Source: a virus (taxonomy: Duplodnaviria; Caudoviricetes). From it: a stretch of DNA of 62,017 nucleotides. A program made the translations under genes and the position numbers. The notes under the pieces are model-generated. The model did not search any database and was not told where the DNA came from. It saw nothing but the letters and a program-made list of their open reading frames with translations. The stretch is from IMG/VR virus record IMGVR_UViG_3300037242_000178, positions 1 to 62,017 of that record; one strand, given 5' to 3'. Below are positions 1 to 8,926 of the stretch, in pieces; positions within the stretch are counted from its first letter, which is position 1, and each line of letters starts with the position of its first letter.

Positions 1-99
1 GGCTACGACCACCCGTTGTCGCCGGGCTGCACGATTGGCGGCGATGCTTTTTTAAGAGGCTACGACCACCAATTGCCCCAGGGCTGCACGATTGGCGGC
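1..99. repeat. Terminal overlap identical to 61919-62017 (circular assembly junction)
   Basis: Exact 99-bp match between the start and end of the window; it lies inside a tandem repeat array. Confidence 0.95.
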
Positions 100-855
100 A
101 GCGTCTATTTGACGGGCTACGGCCACCAATTGCCGCAGGGCTGCACGATTGGCGGCGCTGCTTGGTTGAGAGGCTACGATCACCAATTGCCCCAGGGCTG
201 CACGATAGGCGGGACGGCCTATTTGGAGAGCTACGGCCACCAATTACCGCAGGGCTGCACGATTGGCGGCGACGCCTATTTGACGGGCTACGGCCACCAA
301 TTACCCCAGGATTGCACGATAGGCGGCAGCGCTTTTTTAAGAGGCTACAACCACCCATTGCCCCAGGGCTGCACGATAGACGGCGACGCCTATTTGACAG
401 GCTACGACCACCAATTGCCCCAGGGCTGCACGATTGGCGGAAGCGCTATTTTGGAGGGCTACGACCACCAATTACCCCAGAGCTGCACGATTAGCGGCAG
501 CGCCGATTTGACGGGCTACGGCCACCAATTGCCCCAGGGCTGCACGATTGGCGGCAGCGCTTTTTTGGAGGGCTACGACCACCAATTACCCCAGAGCTGC
601 ACGATTGGCGGCGACGCTTTTTTAAGAGGCTACGACCATCCGTTGCCTGCCGACTTAAAAATGTATGGAGTGCCGGGAAAACTGTTGCTTTTCAAACAAT
701 ACTCGCTGTGGAAATCCGTAGACGGGCTGTATTATGCCGGATGCAAACGCGGGTTGACCTATGACAAGGCCGTGGCACTCGGCGAAAATTTCGAAGATCA
801 AAATCTTTCGACGTTGTTCATCGCTGCTATTCAAAAAGATTTAGGTTTAATTTAA
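1..855 (+). CDS. 19-aa variable repeat protein C, 3' part (gene starts at 61508 and wraps; 421 aa, 18 units)
   Basis: Frame is continuous across the junction; LPQGCTIGGxAxLxGYxHQ units followed by a C-terminal domain ending YYAGCKRGLT...QKDLGLI. Confidence 0.85.
   Translation, partial: GYDHPLSPGCTIGGDAFLRGYDHQLPQGCTIGGSVYLTGYGHQLPQGCTIGGAAWLRGYDHQLPQGCTIGGTAYLESYGHQLPQGCTIGGDAYLTGYGHQLPQDCTIGGSAFLRGYNHPLPQGCTIDGDAYLTGYDHQLPQGCTIGGSAILEGYDHQLPQSCTISGSADLTGYGHQLPQGCTIGGSAFLEGYDHQLPQSCTIGGDAFLRGYDHPLPADLKMYGVPGKLLLFKQYSLWKSVDGLYYAGCKRGLTYDKAVALGENFEDQNLSTLFIAAIQKDLGLI
16..642 (+). repeat. 57-bp coding tandem repeat, 11 units (continues from 61535)
   Basis: Visible 57-bp periodicity. Confidence 0.95.
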
Positions 856-870
856 ATTCGCCTTGCACTT
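644..870 (+). repeat. ~230-bp near-identical direct repeat of 56219-56446
   Basis: Same C-terminal domain and downstream TTCGCCTTGCACTT in both copies, with few substitutions. Confidence 0.9.
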
Positions 871-892
871 ATTGTTTTTTTGAAAGATCAAA

Positions 893-1405
893 ATGAGTTC
901 ATTTTCAGACGATATCAAAAAATTTAACGTCATGTATAAATTGCCAGTCAATGCCAAGCCGTCGTTGGATGTCGGCGTGTACGCGGGTGAGCGTTTGAAG
1001 GCTTTTAAAAGTATTTTGTCCGAAGAATTGAATGAGATCGATGAGATTGTCGAGATCATCGATACCGCTGCTCTCCCGTTGCCGGAGCTGGAAATCTTGA
1101 CGATGCTGGCCGATTTGTTGGGCGATATTCAGGTATATTGCGCATCCGAAATGGCCAAATTCGGTTTGCCGCTGGATCGGATTTTGGCGATTATCATGCA
1201 ATCGAATTTTTCAAAATTGGGGGCCGATGGCAAGCCGATTTACGACGAGCGTGGCAAGGTTCAAAAAGGGCCACACTACTGGAAGCCGGAACCTGCCATA
1301 AAATTGCTTCTTGAGACGGCTTTTCTGACGCCAGGGCAACAAGACGCAGCCGAATTTCTTCAAAAGCATAACGCAAAACTAAAATACGGTCGTAAAACAA
1401 CTTGA
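893..1405 (+). CDS. MazG-like/PRA-PH nucleoside triphosphate pyrophosphohydrolase
   Basis: EExxE, LADLLGDIQVY and SNFSKLGADGKPIYDERGKVQKGP motifs. Confidence 0.85.
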   Translation: MSSFSDDIKKFNVMYKLPVNAKPSLDVGVYAGERLKAFKSILSEELNEIDEIVEIIDTAALPLPELEILTMLADLLGDIQVYCASEMAKFGLPLDRILAIIMQSNFSKLGADGKPIYDERGKVQKGPHYWKPEPAIKLLLETAFLTPGQQDAAEFLQKHNAKLKYGRKTT

Positions 1406-1438
1406 GCCGTTAGTTCGGCAATATCTACGGGAGAGAAA

Positions 1439-1987
1439 ATGAGCGACGCATTAAACAGAATAACCGATATGGCGAATCAGCTGATGCAAGCCGAAGAGAA
1501 AGTTGCGCAGCTTGAAGCCGACTTAAAATCCGCGAAAATCGCGCATCAAAAACTGGAACGCGAAGATTTACCTACGCTTATGACTGAACTTGAAATAAGT
1601 AAAATATCTTTGAACAACGGAGCGTCCGTGGAAGTGGTTCTCGATCTTGTTTGTTCGATTCCAGCAAATAGACGCGAAAGCGCGCATAGATGGCTCAAAG
1701 ATCATGGTTTTGGCGGGATTATAAAAACGAATCTCGAATTGTCATTCGGAAAGGATGAAATCGCGGCGGCAAAAGAAATTGCGGAAGAGATCGTGGAAAA
1801 ATTCGCTCGCACGCCAGAACTGACCGAAGGCGTTCACGCGCAAACGCTAAAATCGTTCATCAAAGAACGAAAAGAATGGGCGGCAAGCAACCCGGAAGCG
1901 AATGAGCGAGACCCATTCCCGGACGAATTGTTCGGGGTGTTCGAGTTCAACAAGGCGAAAATTACCATGCCAAAGGCAAAGAAGTAA
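1439..1987 (+). CDS. Conserved phage replication-module protein
   Basis: Coiled-coil N-terminus, WLKDHGFGGIIK and VHAQTLKSFIKE motifs; GGAG RBS. Confidence 0.65.
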   Translation: MSDALNRITDMANQLMQAEEKVAQLEADLKSAKIAHQKLEREDLPTLMTELEISKISLNNGASVEVVLDLVCSIPANRRESAHRWLKDHGFGGIIKTNLELSFGKDEIAAAKEIAEEIVEKFARTPELTEGVHAQTLKSFIKERKEWAASNPEANERDPFPDELFGVFEFNKAKITMPKAKK

Positions 1988-2036
1988 CAAGCGACGTTGC
2001 GCCGCTTAAGGAGCGCAACAAATCTGGAGCAATATC

Positions 2037-2888
2037 ATGGCTAAAGCCAAACACGAAAACACAGCAGTAGTTGAAGTAAAGTCGCATCCTATTTCAACAA
2101 AAGAGGCTCAGGAACTTTCGTTCGAAGAAGATCAAGGCGGCGGATTTGAAAATGTAACGGCGGAATCTGTCGCTCTTCCGTTTTTGGGAGTTTTGCAAAA
2201 AGGAAGTCCGCAAGTAGACGAAGCGCTAGGTCAAGCGATTGAAGGCGCAAAAGCAGGCATGTTTTTCGAAAACGTTACCGGTCGAATGTTTGACGGTAAA
2301 AAAGGCGTCCAGATTGTGCAATGCGCTTTTCGACGGGTGTATGTTCAATGGACACCGAAAGGCGTTCCTGGCGCAGGATTTAAGGGAGAGCTGTTGCCGG
2401 AAGCTGTGACGCGGCTTCACAACGAAGGAAAACTTGTCGAATTTGAACGATCTTTGTATGTTCCAAAGCCGGACGGATCGGTGAACCCGAAAGAATGCGA
2501 CATAATTGTCGATACGCGAAATCATTACGTATTGCTGCTGGACGAAGAAACTGGCGGTTGGACGAATGCGTTAATATCGATGTCGAAGACGCAAATTAAG
2601 AAGTCGAAGATGTTGATTGCGGGATTGGCAAGCGTAAAATTGAAAGGCGCTAACGGGATTTACACTCCGCCATCGTTTGCAAGCATCGTTCGGGCGACAT
2701 CTATCGGCGAGTCGAATGATAAGGGCAGTTGGTTCGGCATTAAATTCGACATCATAGGTAAAGTGGCCAGACCTGAAATATACGAAGCCGCCAAAGCGTT
2801 TAGGGATGTTGTAAATAAAGGAAATGTTGCGGCGAAATATGAGATGTCTACGGAAGGGTCTATCGACGTCGAACCTGAAAAATTTTAA
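2037..2888 (+). CDS. Putative ssDNA-binding/annealing protein
   Basis: LPFLGVLQKGSPQV and ESNDKGSWF motifs; acidic tail ending in F. Confidence 0.6.
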   Translation: MAKAKHENTAVVEVKSHPISTKEAQELSFEEDQGGGFENVTAESVALPFLGVLQKGSPQVDEALGQAIEGAKAGMFFENVTGRMFDGKKGVQIVQCAFRRVYVQWTPKGVPGAGFKGELLPEAVTRLHNEGKLVEFERSLYVPKPDGSVNPKECDIIVDTRNHYVLLLDEETGGWTNALISMSKTQIKKSKMLIAGLASVKLKGANGIYTPPSFASIVRATSIGESNDKGSWFGIKFDIIGKVARPEIYEAAKAFRDVVNKGNVAAKYEMSTEGSIDVEPEKF

Positions 2889-2915
2889 GAGAATCTATTT
2901 CGTTGAATTTGATGT

Positions 2916-2952
2916 ACACGCTCTTCGAAACGTTTCGAAGAGCGTGTTTTTG
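2916..2952 (+). terminator. Perfect 32-bp palindrome followed by a T-run; likely intrinsic terminator
   Basis: ACACGCTCTTCGAAAC|GTTTCGAAGAGCGTGT then TTTT. Confidence 0.7.
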
Positions 2953-2961
2953 AAAGATTAT

Positions 2962-3234
2962 ATGAAAATTACACTTCAAGGCGGAATTTACAAAAGAATC
3001 GGCGTCAACTGTTTCGTTTTTATGAGCGGATCTGCGCAGTCTTTTTCCGATTACATTCTCGTCCAGCCGTACACAATACACATCGAAACACAAGAACAAT
3101 CTTTCGTTGAGGAAGAAGTGAGTTTGTTGATAGAGCGAATGAAAAGATTACGCTCTGCTACTGAAAGCGAGATCGCGGACATCACAAGAGCGATAGATAA
3201 ACTGTGGGAATCTGACGCAAAATTTGCGGGATAA
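2962..3234 (+). CDS. Hypothetical protein
   Basis: In-frame ATG (MKITLQ) after the terminator; coiled-coil C-terminus. Confidence 0.55.
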   Translation: MKITLQGGIYKRIGVNCFVFMSGSAQSFSDYILVQPYTIHIETQEQSFVEEEVSLLIERMKRLRSATESEIADITRAIDKLWESDAKFAG

Positions 3235-3239
3235 CTGAC

Positions 3240-3590
3240 ATGACAAATCATTGTCCAGTAACAGCTGATTTAAACCGATACCTGGCGGAACAAGACCGAC
3301 AAGAGGAGATGTCGTTCGCTGTTGAAGAGCTTGCGGAAAGGCTCATGGAGAAGGGCTGCGAATATGATCCATTTAGCGCAGAAAATTTATCGGAAGCTAT
3401 CGGGGAAATGAGCGCTGAAGCGTTAAACTCGTTAGGCGATTTTTTACGATCATCCTTTAAGAACTCGGAGGAAAGAAATCTTGATTTTATTTATTTTTAC
3501 GATTCGGTATTTACGTATTGGAAACAAAAATCCGAAGTTGAAGCGCAAAAGATCATTGAGCGCGAAATAGTGGACGGTCAGCGTCCGTAA
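3240..3590 (+). CDS. Hypothetical acidic protein
   Basis: Tightly packed in the operon. Confidence 0.65.
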   Translation: MTNHCPVTADLNRYLAEQDRQEEMSFAVEELAERLMEKGCEYDPFSAENLSEAIGEMSAEALNSLGDFLRSSFKNSEERNLDFIYFYDSVFTYWKQKSEVEAQKIIEREIVDGQRP

Positions 3591-3619
3591 TCATTCATTT
3601 TACAAAGAGGGGTGCGAAA

Positions 3620-3820
3620 ATGATTAAATCGATTTTAAAGACGAGTTTAGAACTCTTGAAGATTGCGGGAGCTGTCGCCGCCGCAATCGGACTTGGCTTG
3701 ATAATTTTTGCCATTTTTTTCTTATCGCTTGTAGCGATTTTTGCGCTTGGCATGCTTGCTCTTCATTTTTTCGCGAACATGCTTGAATTCGTCATCGATC
3801 TCCTGGAGGCGTTAACATGA
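3620..3820 (+). CDS. Small membrane protein
   Basis: Long hydrophobic stretch; GAGGGG RBS. Confidence 0.6.
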   Translation: MIKSILKTSLELLKIAGAVAAAIGLGLIIFAIFFLSLVAIFALGMLALHFFANMLEFVIDLLEALT

Positions 3821-4014
3821 AATTAGAACGCCCAATCATGACCCTTTCCGGGCCTGCGCAAAAGCTTCTCGCGGATGCGCTAAACAGCGCGCAAGCCGCA
3901 CTTAAATCGACAGACGCGAAGCTAATCGAAACTGCGCAGAATTACGTAGAGACCGCACTGAATGTGCTGCGTTTGATTGAGCTTGTCGCATTTGCCGAAA
4001 AGGAGCGGAAATGA
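3817..4014 (+). CDS. Hypothetical protein
   Basis: GGAGG RBS; ATGA overlap with the methyltransferase gene. Confidence 0.6.
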   Translation: MKLERPIMTLSGPAQKLLADALNSAQAALKSTDAKLIETAQNYVETALNVLRLIELVAFAEKERK

Positions 4015-4901
4015 AAATTGTCGATTTATTTTCGGGGTGTGGAGGCTCGTCCCTCGGGTTTGAAGGCGCAGGCTTAAGCGTTGACGCTGCGTTTGATTGG
4101 TGGGGCGCAGCGATTGCCGTGTATTCAGAAAATTTCGCTCACCCAATTTTTAAACAAGATTTATCCGATATTGACGCATCTGTTAAGATTATCTCGTCGT
4201 TCCGACCGGACATAATTATCGGCAGCCCGCCGTGCCAAGACTTTTCGCTTGCTGGTAAACGGGTTGAAGGAGATCGTGCAAGCCTCACCGTCGCGTATTC
4301 GAAAATCATAGCGAAAATTAAACCTATGATTTTTGTCATGGAAAATGTAAGCGGAACACAAAACAGTGCTGCCTTTGAAACTGCCGAAAGAGTATTTCGT
4401 GAAGCTGGTTATGGTCTCACGATGAAAGTTCTGAACGCAAGTTTGTGTGGAGTTCCACAAAAGAGAAAACGTCTCTTTTGTATTGGGAAATTAGGCGAAT
4501 GCGATGAATTTCTTTCTTCAACTTTGGCAAGTCGTCAATCGAAAAGCGAAATGACTGTTCGAGACTATCTTGGGAATGAACTCGGAATCGATCATTATTA
4601 CGTGCATCCGCGAAATTATTCGAATAGAGCGATATTTTCGATTGACGAACCGGCTCCGACAATTCGCGGCACAAACAGGCCTGTTGCGCCTGGGTATAAA
4701 AAGCATAAGAAAGACTTTGCTGAATTAACCGGGCTGCGGGCATTGACTACGGAAGAACGCGCTAGAGTGCAAACGTTCCCGTCACACTTCAAATTTCTGG
4801 GAAATAAAAAGGACAGAGAGCAGATGATCGGAAATGCAGTTCCAGTCAATCTCGCGAAGTTTGTCGCAAAATGCATCATTGAATACGAATCTAATCTTTG
4901 A
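4011..4901 (+). CDS. Orphan C5-cytosine DNA methyltransferase (resembles the M.HindV/HgiDI group)
   Basis: DLFSGCGG, PPCQ, ENV, QxRxR and GNAVP motifs; HPRNY...IFSIDEP target-recognition region. Confidence 0.93.
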   Translation: MKIVDLFSGCGGSSLGFEGAGLSVDAAFDWWGAAIAVYSENFAHPIFKQDLSDIDASVKIISSFRPDIIIGSPPCQDFSLAGKRVEGDRASLTVAYSKIIAKIKPMIFVMENVSGTQNSAAFETAERVFREAGYGLTMKVLNASLCGVPQKRKRLFCIGKLGECDEFLSSTLASRQSKSEMTVRDYLGNELGIDHYYVHPRNYSNRAIFSIDEPAPTIRGTNRPVAPGYKKHKKDFAELTGLRALTTEERARVQTFPSHFKFLGNKKDREQMIGNAVPVNLAKFVAKCIIEYESNL

Positions 4902-4918
4902 CTGAAAAAGGAGCGGAA

Positions 4919-5092
4919 ATGAATTTCTTTGAAGTAATAGCGGACAACAATTTGTGTACCATAAACTTAGATCGCATTTCTCTGATTGAAGTGCATGGCG
5001 GCAATCAAACGCAAGTGCGTATCGACGGCAGAAGTTTGATTGTCAATCTGCCATATAAAGAATTTGTAGAAATCCTGCGCAAGCTTTCCTGA
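4919..5092 (+). CDS. Hypothetical protein
   Basis: AAGGAG RBS before ATG; its stop abuts the convergent lipase stop. Confidence 0.6.
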   Translation: MNFFEVIADNNLCTINLDRISLIEVHGGNQTQVRIDGRSLIVNLPYKEFVEILRKLS

Positions 5093-5749
5093 TTATGCCG
5101 GATACATTTCTTCCACGCCGGTATAGATTGTCGAACCGGCGTGCCATTTCATTAAGTTTAACTCTCCAATTCCGCCCGGCGCGCAGTACAACTCGACCCT
5201 CGGGTAGGTAGGAATTCTTTCAGTCAACCCAACAAGCATTGACGCTGGCACTGGATCGGGGCCGTTTGTCGTTGATAAATCCACCGTCCTCATGCTGCAA
5301 GCCCAGTTCGAATATTGTTTCGTCCCGACGCATGCTGCCTCGAATAGGAACAATTGGTCGATGACAATCCCGTCTAGCGCGCATTCGCTTGCCACAATGT
5401 CCGCTAGACTACCGCCTCTTGAATGACCTTGTAGAGAGATTTTGCCGCCCGCAGCCAAGTGCGCCGAAAAGATCGGCTTCAGCGTGGCAGTCATCGCCGT
5501 TGCCGATTCCAAGAATCCTTTATGCATTGGGCCGAACGTCGGATGATCTGCGTTCTCGATTTTAAAATTATTTTCCCACATCGACCAATCGACAGTGCCG
5601 AGAATCGTTGCGGTAAGAAGATTGTCCATCTGCTTCAGATATACAAAGTCCGGCCCGATAGACAGCACTTGATCGAAACCTCCGATTTGCTTGCCTTGAT
5701 ACGCGCAGACGCATGCAAGGAATGCGGCTTCCTTTTTCGAGATGTTCAT
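5093..5749 (-). CDS. Class 3 lipase (alpha/beta hydrolase)
   Basis: HKGF, GHSRGG nucleophile elbow, DPVP and a C-terminal His. Confidence 0.85.
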   Translation of the reverse strand: MNISKKEAAFLACVCAYQGKQIGGFDQVLSIGPDFVYLKQMDNLLTATILGTVDWSMWENNFKIENADHPTFGPMHKGFLESATAMTATLKPIFSAHLAAGGKISLQGHSRGGSLADIVASECALDGIVIDQLFLFEAACVGTKQYSNWACSMRTVDLSTTNGPDPVPASMLVGLTERIPTYPRVELYCAPGGIGELNLMKWHAGSTIYTGVEEMYPA

Positions 5750-5766
5750 TTTTCTTCCTAAGAATG

Positions 5767-5798
5767 AAAAACCGCGTCATTCAATTGATGCGGTTTTT
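5767..5798. terminator. Bidirectional intrinsic terminator
   Basis: AAAAACCGC...GCGGTTTTT hairpin. Confidence 0.7.
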
Positions 5799-5826
5799 GA
5801 GTCTGTAGCGATTTGTAAACGATAAG

Positions 5827-6213
5827 CTACGGATTAACCGACTGAACGAATGATATAGCGATTTGCACCGCGCCAATGGCCAGTGTAATATCGTTTTGCT
5901 GCGCCGTTGTCAACGCTACCGCTTTTGCAACGTCCATCAACAAGGGCACGGCTTGCGCATCGATGTTTTGCAAATCAAGATTAGTAAATACCGCTCCGTC
6001 CGCGCAAACCGCCGCGACGAGAGTTGAAGCTTTTTGAATATTCGCTTCCGCATCGGCAGGAAGGCCTACAAGGCCGGTTAAAGATGTTAACGCTACGTGG
6101 GCTGGCGGACAAACCTTTGCAACGATCTGCGCAGGCGTTTGGACTGTTGTGGTCGGTGTTGAAGAGCATCCGAGCAAGCATGCGGCAAGCAACGTTAAAG
6201 TAATCTTTTTCAT
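5827..6213 (-). CDS. Lipoprotein with hydrophobic C-terminus (candidate unimolecular spanin)
   Basis: MKKITLTLLAACLLG-C lipobox with +2 Ser; ITLAIGAVQIAISFV at the C-terminus. Confidence 0.65.
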   Translation of the reverse strand: MKKITLTLLAACLLGCSSTPTTTVQTPAQIVAKVCPPAHVALTSLTGLVGLPADAEANIQKASTLVAAVCADGAVFTNLDLQNIDAQAVPLLMDVAKAVALTTAQQNDITLAIGAVQIAISFVQSVNP

Positions 6214-6377
6214 GATATAGGTTCCTTCTCTAATTGTTCGATATCGGTTTGAAATTGTTGCGCTTCTCTGGGTGAAACAAAAATGTACCTGGCTTGTAAA
6301 GGCAACACGCTTAACGCTCCATTCATATGGATTATTCGCTGTATAACGGTTTCGTTTTCCGGGACAAAATTGTCCAT
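6210..6377 (-). CDS. Hypothetical protein (55 aa, absent from the ORF track)
   Basis: AAGGAG RBS; ATGA overlap with the lipoprotein gene. Confidence 0.55.
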   Translation of the reverse strand: MDNFVPENETVIQRIIHMNGALSVLPLQARYIFVSPREAQQFQTDIEQLEKEPIS

Positions 6378-6387
6378 GCCGACTCCT

Positions 6388-6630
6388 TTATTTATGACTC
6401 GGCAACGTTGCGTACCCGCCTGAACGCAGCTCTTCCCCGTGTCTGAGTAAAAGCACGTTTCCGGCTACGTGCGTGCTTCCGTACATGTCCAGGATGCTCA
6501 AATTAACTTTAAACTCCTCATGCACGTAACAAACCGTCGCAGCGAGCGGCAGAATCTTATCGTGCGCGATAAAGTCATCTTTCTTGTGCGGAAAATACCA
6601 AACAGACATGCCTATATAAGTTTTGCTCAT
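6388..6630 (-). CDS. Conserved phage hypothetical protein
   Basis: IGMSVWY...LAATVCYV...VNL pattern common in small phage proteins. Confidence 0.6.
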   Translation of the reverse strand: MSKTYIGMSVWYFPHKKDDFIAHDKILPLAATVCYVHEEFKVNLSILDMYGSTHVAGNVLLLRHGEELRSGGYATLPSHK

Positions 6631-6637
6631 CTGACGT

Positions 6638-7948
6638 TTAAGAGTGAATCGCTACATGCGACGCGCCTTGAAGCTGCTGCGGCACTCCGACGAGACTGGC
6701 GAGAATCGTCGATTGGTCCGCCGTAACCGTCGTCAAAATGTTGTGAAGAGTTGCGTTGTTTCCTTGTCCAGCTTGTATGGCAATCGCCGCATCTTCCGCA
6801 ACCTGTATTTTATTTTGGAATATCCCCGATTCCGTCATCATGTTAGGATCGTTATTCGTTCCCGACCATACGCCGCCCTCGAATGTGTTACTCCAATTTC
6901 CGAGAGCTTCGCCAGCCGTGATAATTTGCGCGGCCACAGCGCCTATAGTAGCGCCTCCTGCAAGCTCTCCTAACAGCGCCGTCATGCCTGCCGGTAGCGC
7001 GTTCCGACCTAATACATTTTGGTAAAGTTGATTAATAATTTGCGTATTGGTCATCCCGGCGAAATCGGCTTGCGCCTCCGAGGACGCAAAGATGGAATCG
7101 CACATGTTCGCAACGGTCATTGCGCCGTTATTCAGCGCAGCCGAGAAAGCCGTCATACCGGACAAAGCCGATGCGCGCCCAAGGATCGCGACAAATGCGG
7201 CAGATACGGCTTGCGTGTTAGAGTTTTGTGTGAGATCAATGCCGTTAAATCCATTTATCGCGTCGATTGCCAGTAAATTAATCGCCCCTGCGCCATCGAA
7301 ACTGCTCAAAGATATTTGGAACAAACCCTTAGCTCCATAAGCCGATCCCCACGATTCGACTGTCAGCATGTCCGTATTGGTGTTGACCGCAACAATCGCT
7401 ACCTCATGCAACCCTGCGGCTGCGCCCGTATCCATGCCGTTTTGGTTTGCCAAATTTGAAATAGTTTCTTCGGCAAAGAAGCCTGCGCAAGCTTCAAACT
7501 CCATGAGCAGCGGTTTCATTTGGTTTAAATACCCAGCGATTTCATTCGCTAACCAATTGTCAGCGCTCCCTGTTAGCACTGTTAGCGGTGTGATTCCGGT
7601 TACAGTATGCGTTGCCGCGTCGGCAAGATCGGTAGCGCCAGGCGCAGTCGTGTAATCACCATATTGGATTGTTGTATTTTGAGTCAAGCCGGACGTCTGC
7701 AATAGCGATAACGCCTCGGAAACATTCGTTCCAGCGTCTACGCCTAGCTGACCTTGCGCTTGCAGGTTCAGGTTGTATTGAAATTCCGCGTTTGAATTAA
7801 AAACAGGGCCATATAAGGATGTCGTCAGAGCAATTAGATTGGTTGTCGCGCACTCAACGCAATCCCCGACATTCCCCTGAGTCAGAACAGGCTGAGGGGT
7901 GAATGGAATTAGCGAATCATTGCTTTGCAGGAATGTTGTTGTCATCAT
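6638..7948 (-). CDS. Papain-like (C1) cysteine protease fused to a DUF4214-like domain
   Basis: QGNVGDC, GLHEVAIV and ESWGSAYG motifs; QLYQNVLGR-type helical repeats. Confidence 0.75.
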   Translation of the reverse strand: MMTTTFLQSNDSLIPFTPQPVLTQGNVGDCVECATTNLIALTTSLYGPVFNSNAEFQYNLNLQAQGQLGVDAGTNVSEALSLLQTSGLTQNTTIQYGDYTTAPGATDLADAATHTVTGITPLTVLTGSADNWLANEIAGYLNQMKPLLMEFEACAGFFAEETISNLANQNGMDTGAAAGLHEVAIVAVNTNTDMLTVESWGSAYGAKGLFQISLSSFDGAGAINLLAIDAINGFNGIDLTQNSNTQAVSAAFVAILGRASALSGMTAFSAALNNGAMTVANMCDSIFASSEAQADFAGMTNTQIINQLYQNVLGRNALPAGMTALLGELAGGATIGAVAAQIITAGEALGNWSNTFEGGVWSGTNNDPNMMTESGIFQNKIQVAEDAAIAIQAGQGNNATLHNILTTVTADQSTILASLVGVPQQLQGASHVAIHS

Positions 7949-8156
7949 CGACTTTCGTGTTAGAAAGATTCATTTTAACACTAGAAAGTGAATTTGCAAG
8001 AAAATGCGCAAAAGTAACGATTAACGCTGCGAGAGCCATTTCTATATCGTTCGGCATATGCATGCCACAAAGCGTGTTCGCGATCCAATCGATGACGGAC
8101 GCTAGCTGAATGGTGACGAGGGCCGCTCCTCCAGTGTGGGCTGCGCTGGCGCTCAT
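7917..8156 (-). CDS. Putative holin (two transmembrane segments)
   Basis: Overlaps the endolysin stop; two hydrophobic helices. Confidence 0.55.
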   Translation of the reverse strand: MSASAAHTGGAALVTIQLASVIDWIANTLCGMHMPNDIEMALAALIVTFAHFLANSLSSVKMNLSNTKVDDDNNIPAKQ

Positions 8157-8638
8157 GCCAGGCTCCCGCCAGCGGAAGTATAGGCGTTTTGCAATGCCGC
8201 CATGCTGTTTTCGTGTTGCATGTATTGGCTTCCAGGCAGCGATGCCCACCGGCTATTGCACTTTATAATCGCGCTTGAAAAATTTCCAGCGATTATATCG
8301 TCAAAAGCATGACATTCGTGAATCAGCTGGATAGCGATCCTATCCTGACTACGCGGCCCGAAATCCGGGAGCAAGAGCTGTTTTTTGTACGGTTCAAAAT
8401 ACCTAGCCATAAGTTGATATCTTCCTGCCGCATCGCTATTCAACGCCTTGTCGAAAATGTTCGGATGCGAAACAAAGCTTTTGAACACGAGCGGATTTGC
8501 TGGCGTGCTTCCTACCAAAATTAGGTAGCCGTCATCAGTGACAGGATTAGCAAGTAACGAAGGCCCGATTTCGGAAAACGCAACGCAATCTAAAAATGCG
8601 TTGAGATTTGCAGGGACGATATTTTTTGAAAACGACAT
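8153..8638 (-). CDS. Endolysin, lambda R-like lytic transglycosylase
   Basis: AFLDxxAxSE, AAGRYQ, DFGPRSQD and WASLPG motifs. Confidence 0.92.
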   Translation of the reverse strand: MSFSKNIVPANLNAFLDCVAFSEIGPSLLANPVTDDGYLILVGSTPANPLVFKSFVSHPNIFDKALNSDAAGRYQLMARYFEPYKKQLLLPDFGPRSQDRIAIQLIHECHAFDDIIAGNFSSAIIKCNSRWASLPGSQYMQHENSMAALQNAYTSAGGSLA

Positions 8639-8925
8639 TATTTATCCGCCTTTTGATCTAATCTATCTCGAAACATATTCGCCATCGAACTGATATCCGT
8701 TCGAATCTGATCTATTCTGTCGAAAATAGATGCAAGCATGTCCTTGTCTGGGTGATGCGTCGCGACATGCGTTTTGAATAAAGCTAAATCTTCTTTCAGC
8801 TTTTCCAACCCTAGCACATTCTGCCGGATATTGAACCAGATTACAATCCCAAAAGCCGTGGTGACAAACCCCAAAAGACTAAGAAAAATTGTAATCACCT
8901 CGAACCACGTCAATTGTCCGTTCAT
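8638..8925 (-). CDS. Single-TM coiled-coil protein (holin/antiholin-like)
   Basis: N-terminal TM; ends LDQKADK; directly upstream of the endolysin. Confidence 0.6.
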   Translation of the reverse strand: MNGQLTWFEVITIFLSLLGFVTTAFGIVIWFNIRQNVLGLEKLKEDLALFKTHVATHHPDKDMLASIFDRIDQIRTDISSMANMFRDRLDQKADK

Positions 8926-8926
8926 T

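Noticed and set aside
1-99. Biological terminal direct repeat
   Set aside because: The 99-bp length and position mid-gene inside a repeat array fit an assembler k-mer overlap
52-494. Alternative-frame and antisense ORFs over the repeat arrays (also 54930, 55240, 55908, 61482)
   Set aside because: Shadows of a stop-free 57-bp unit; no RBS or independent features
1-870. Diversity-generating retroelement (TR/VR pair between duplicated tails)
   Set aside because: No reverse transcriptase is visible, and differences between copies are few and not adenine-specific
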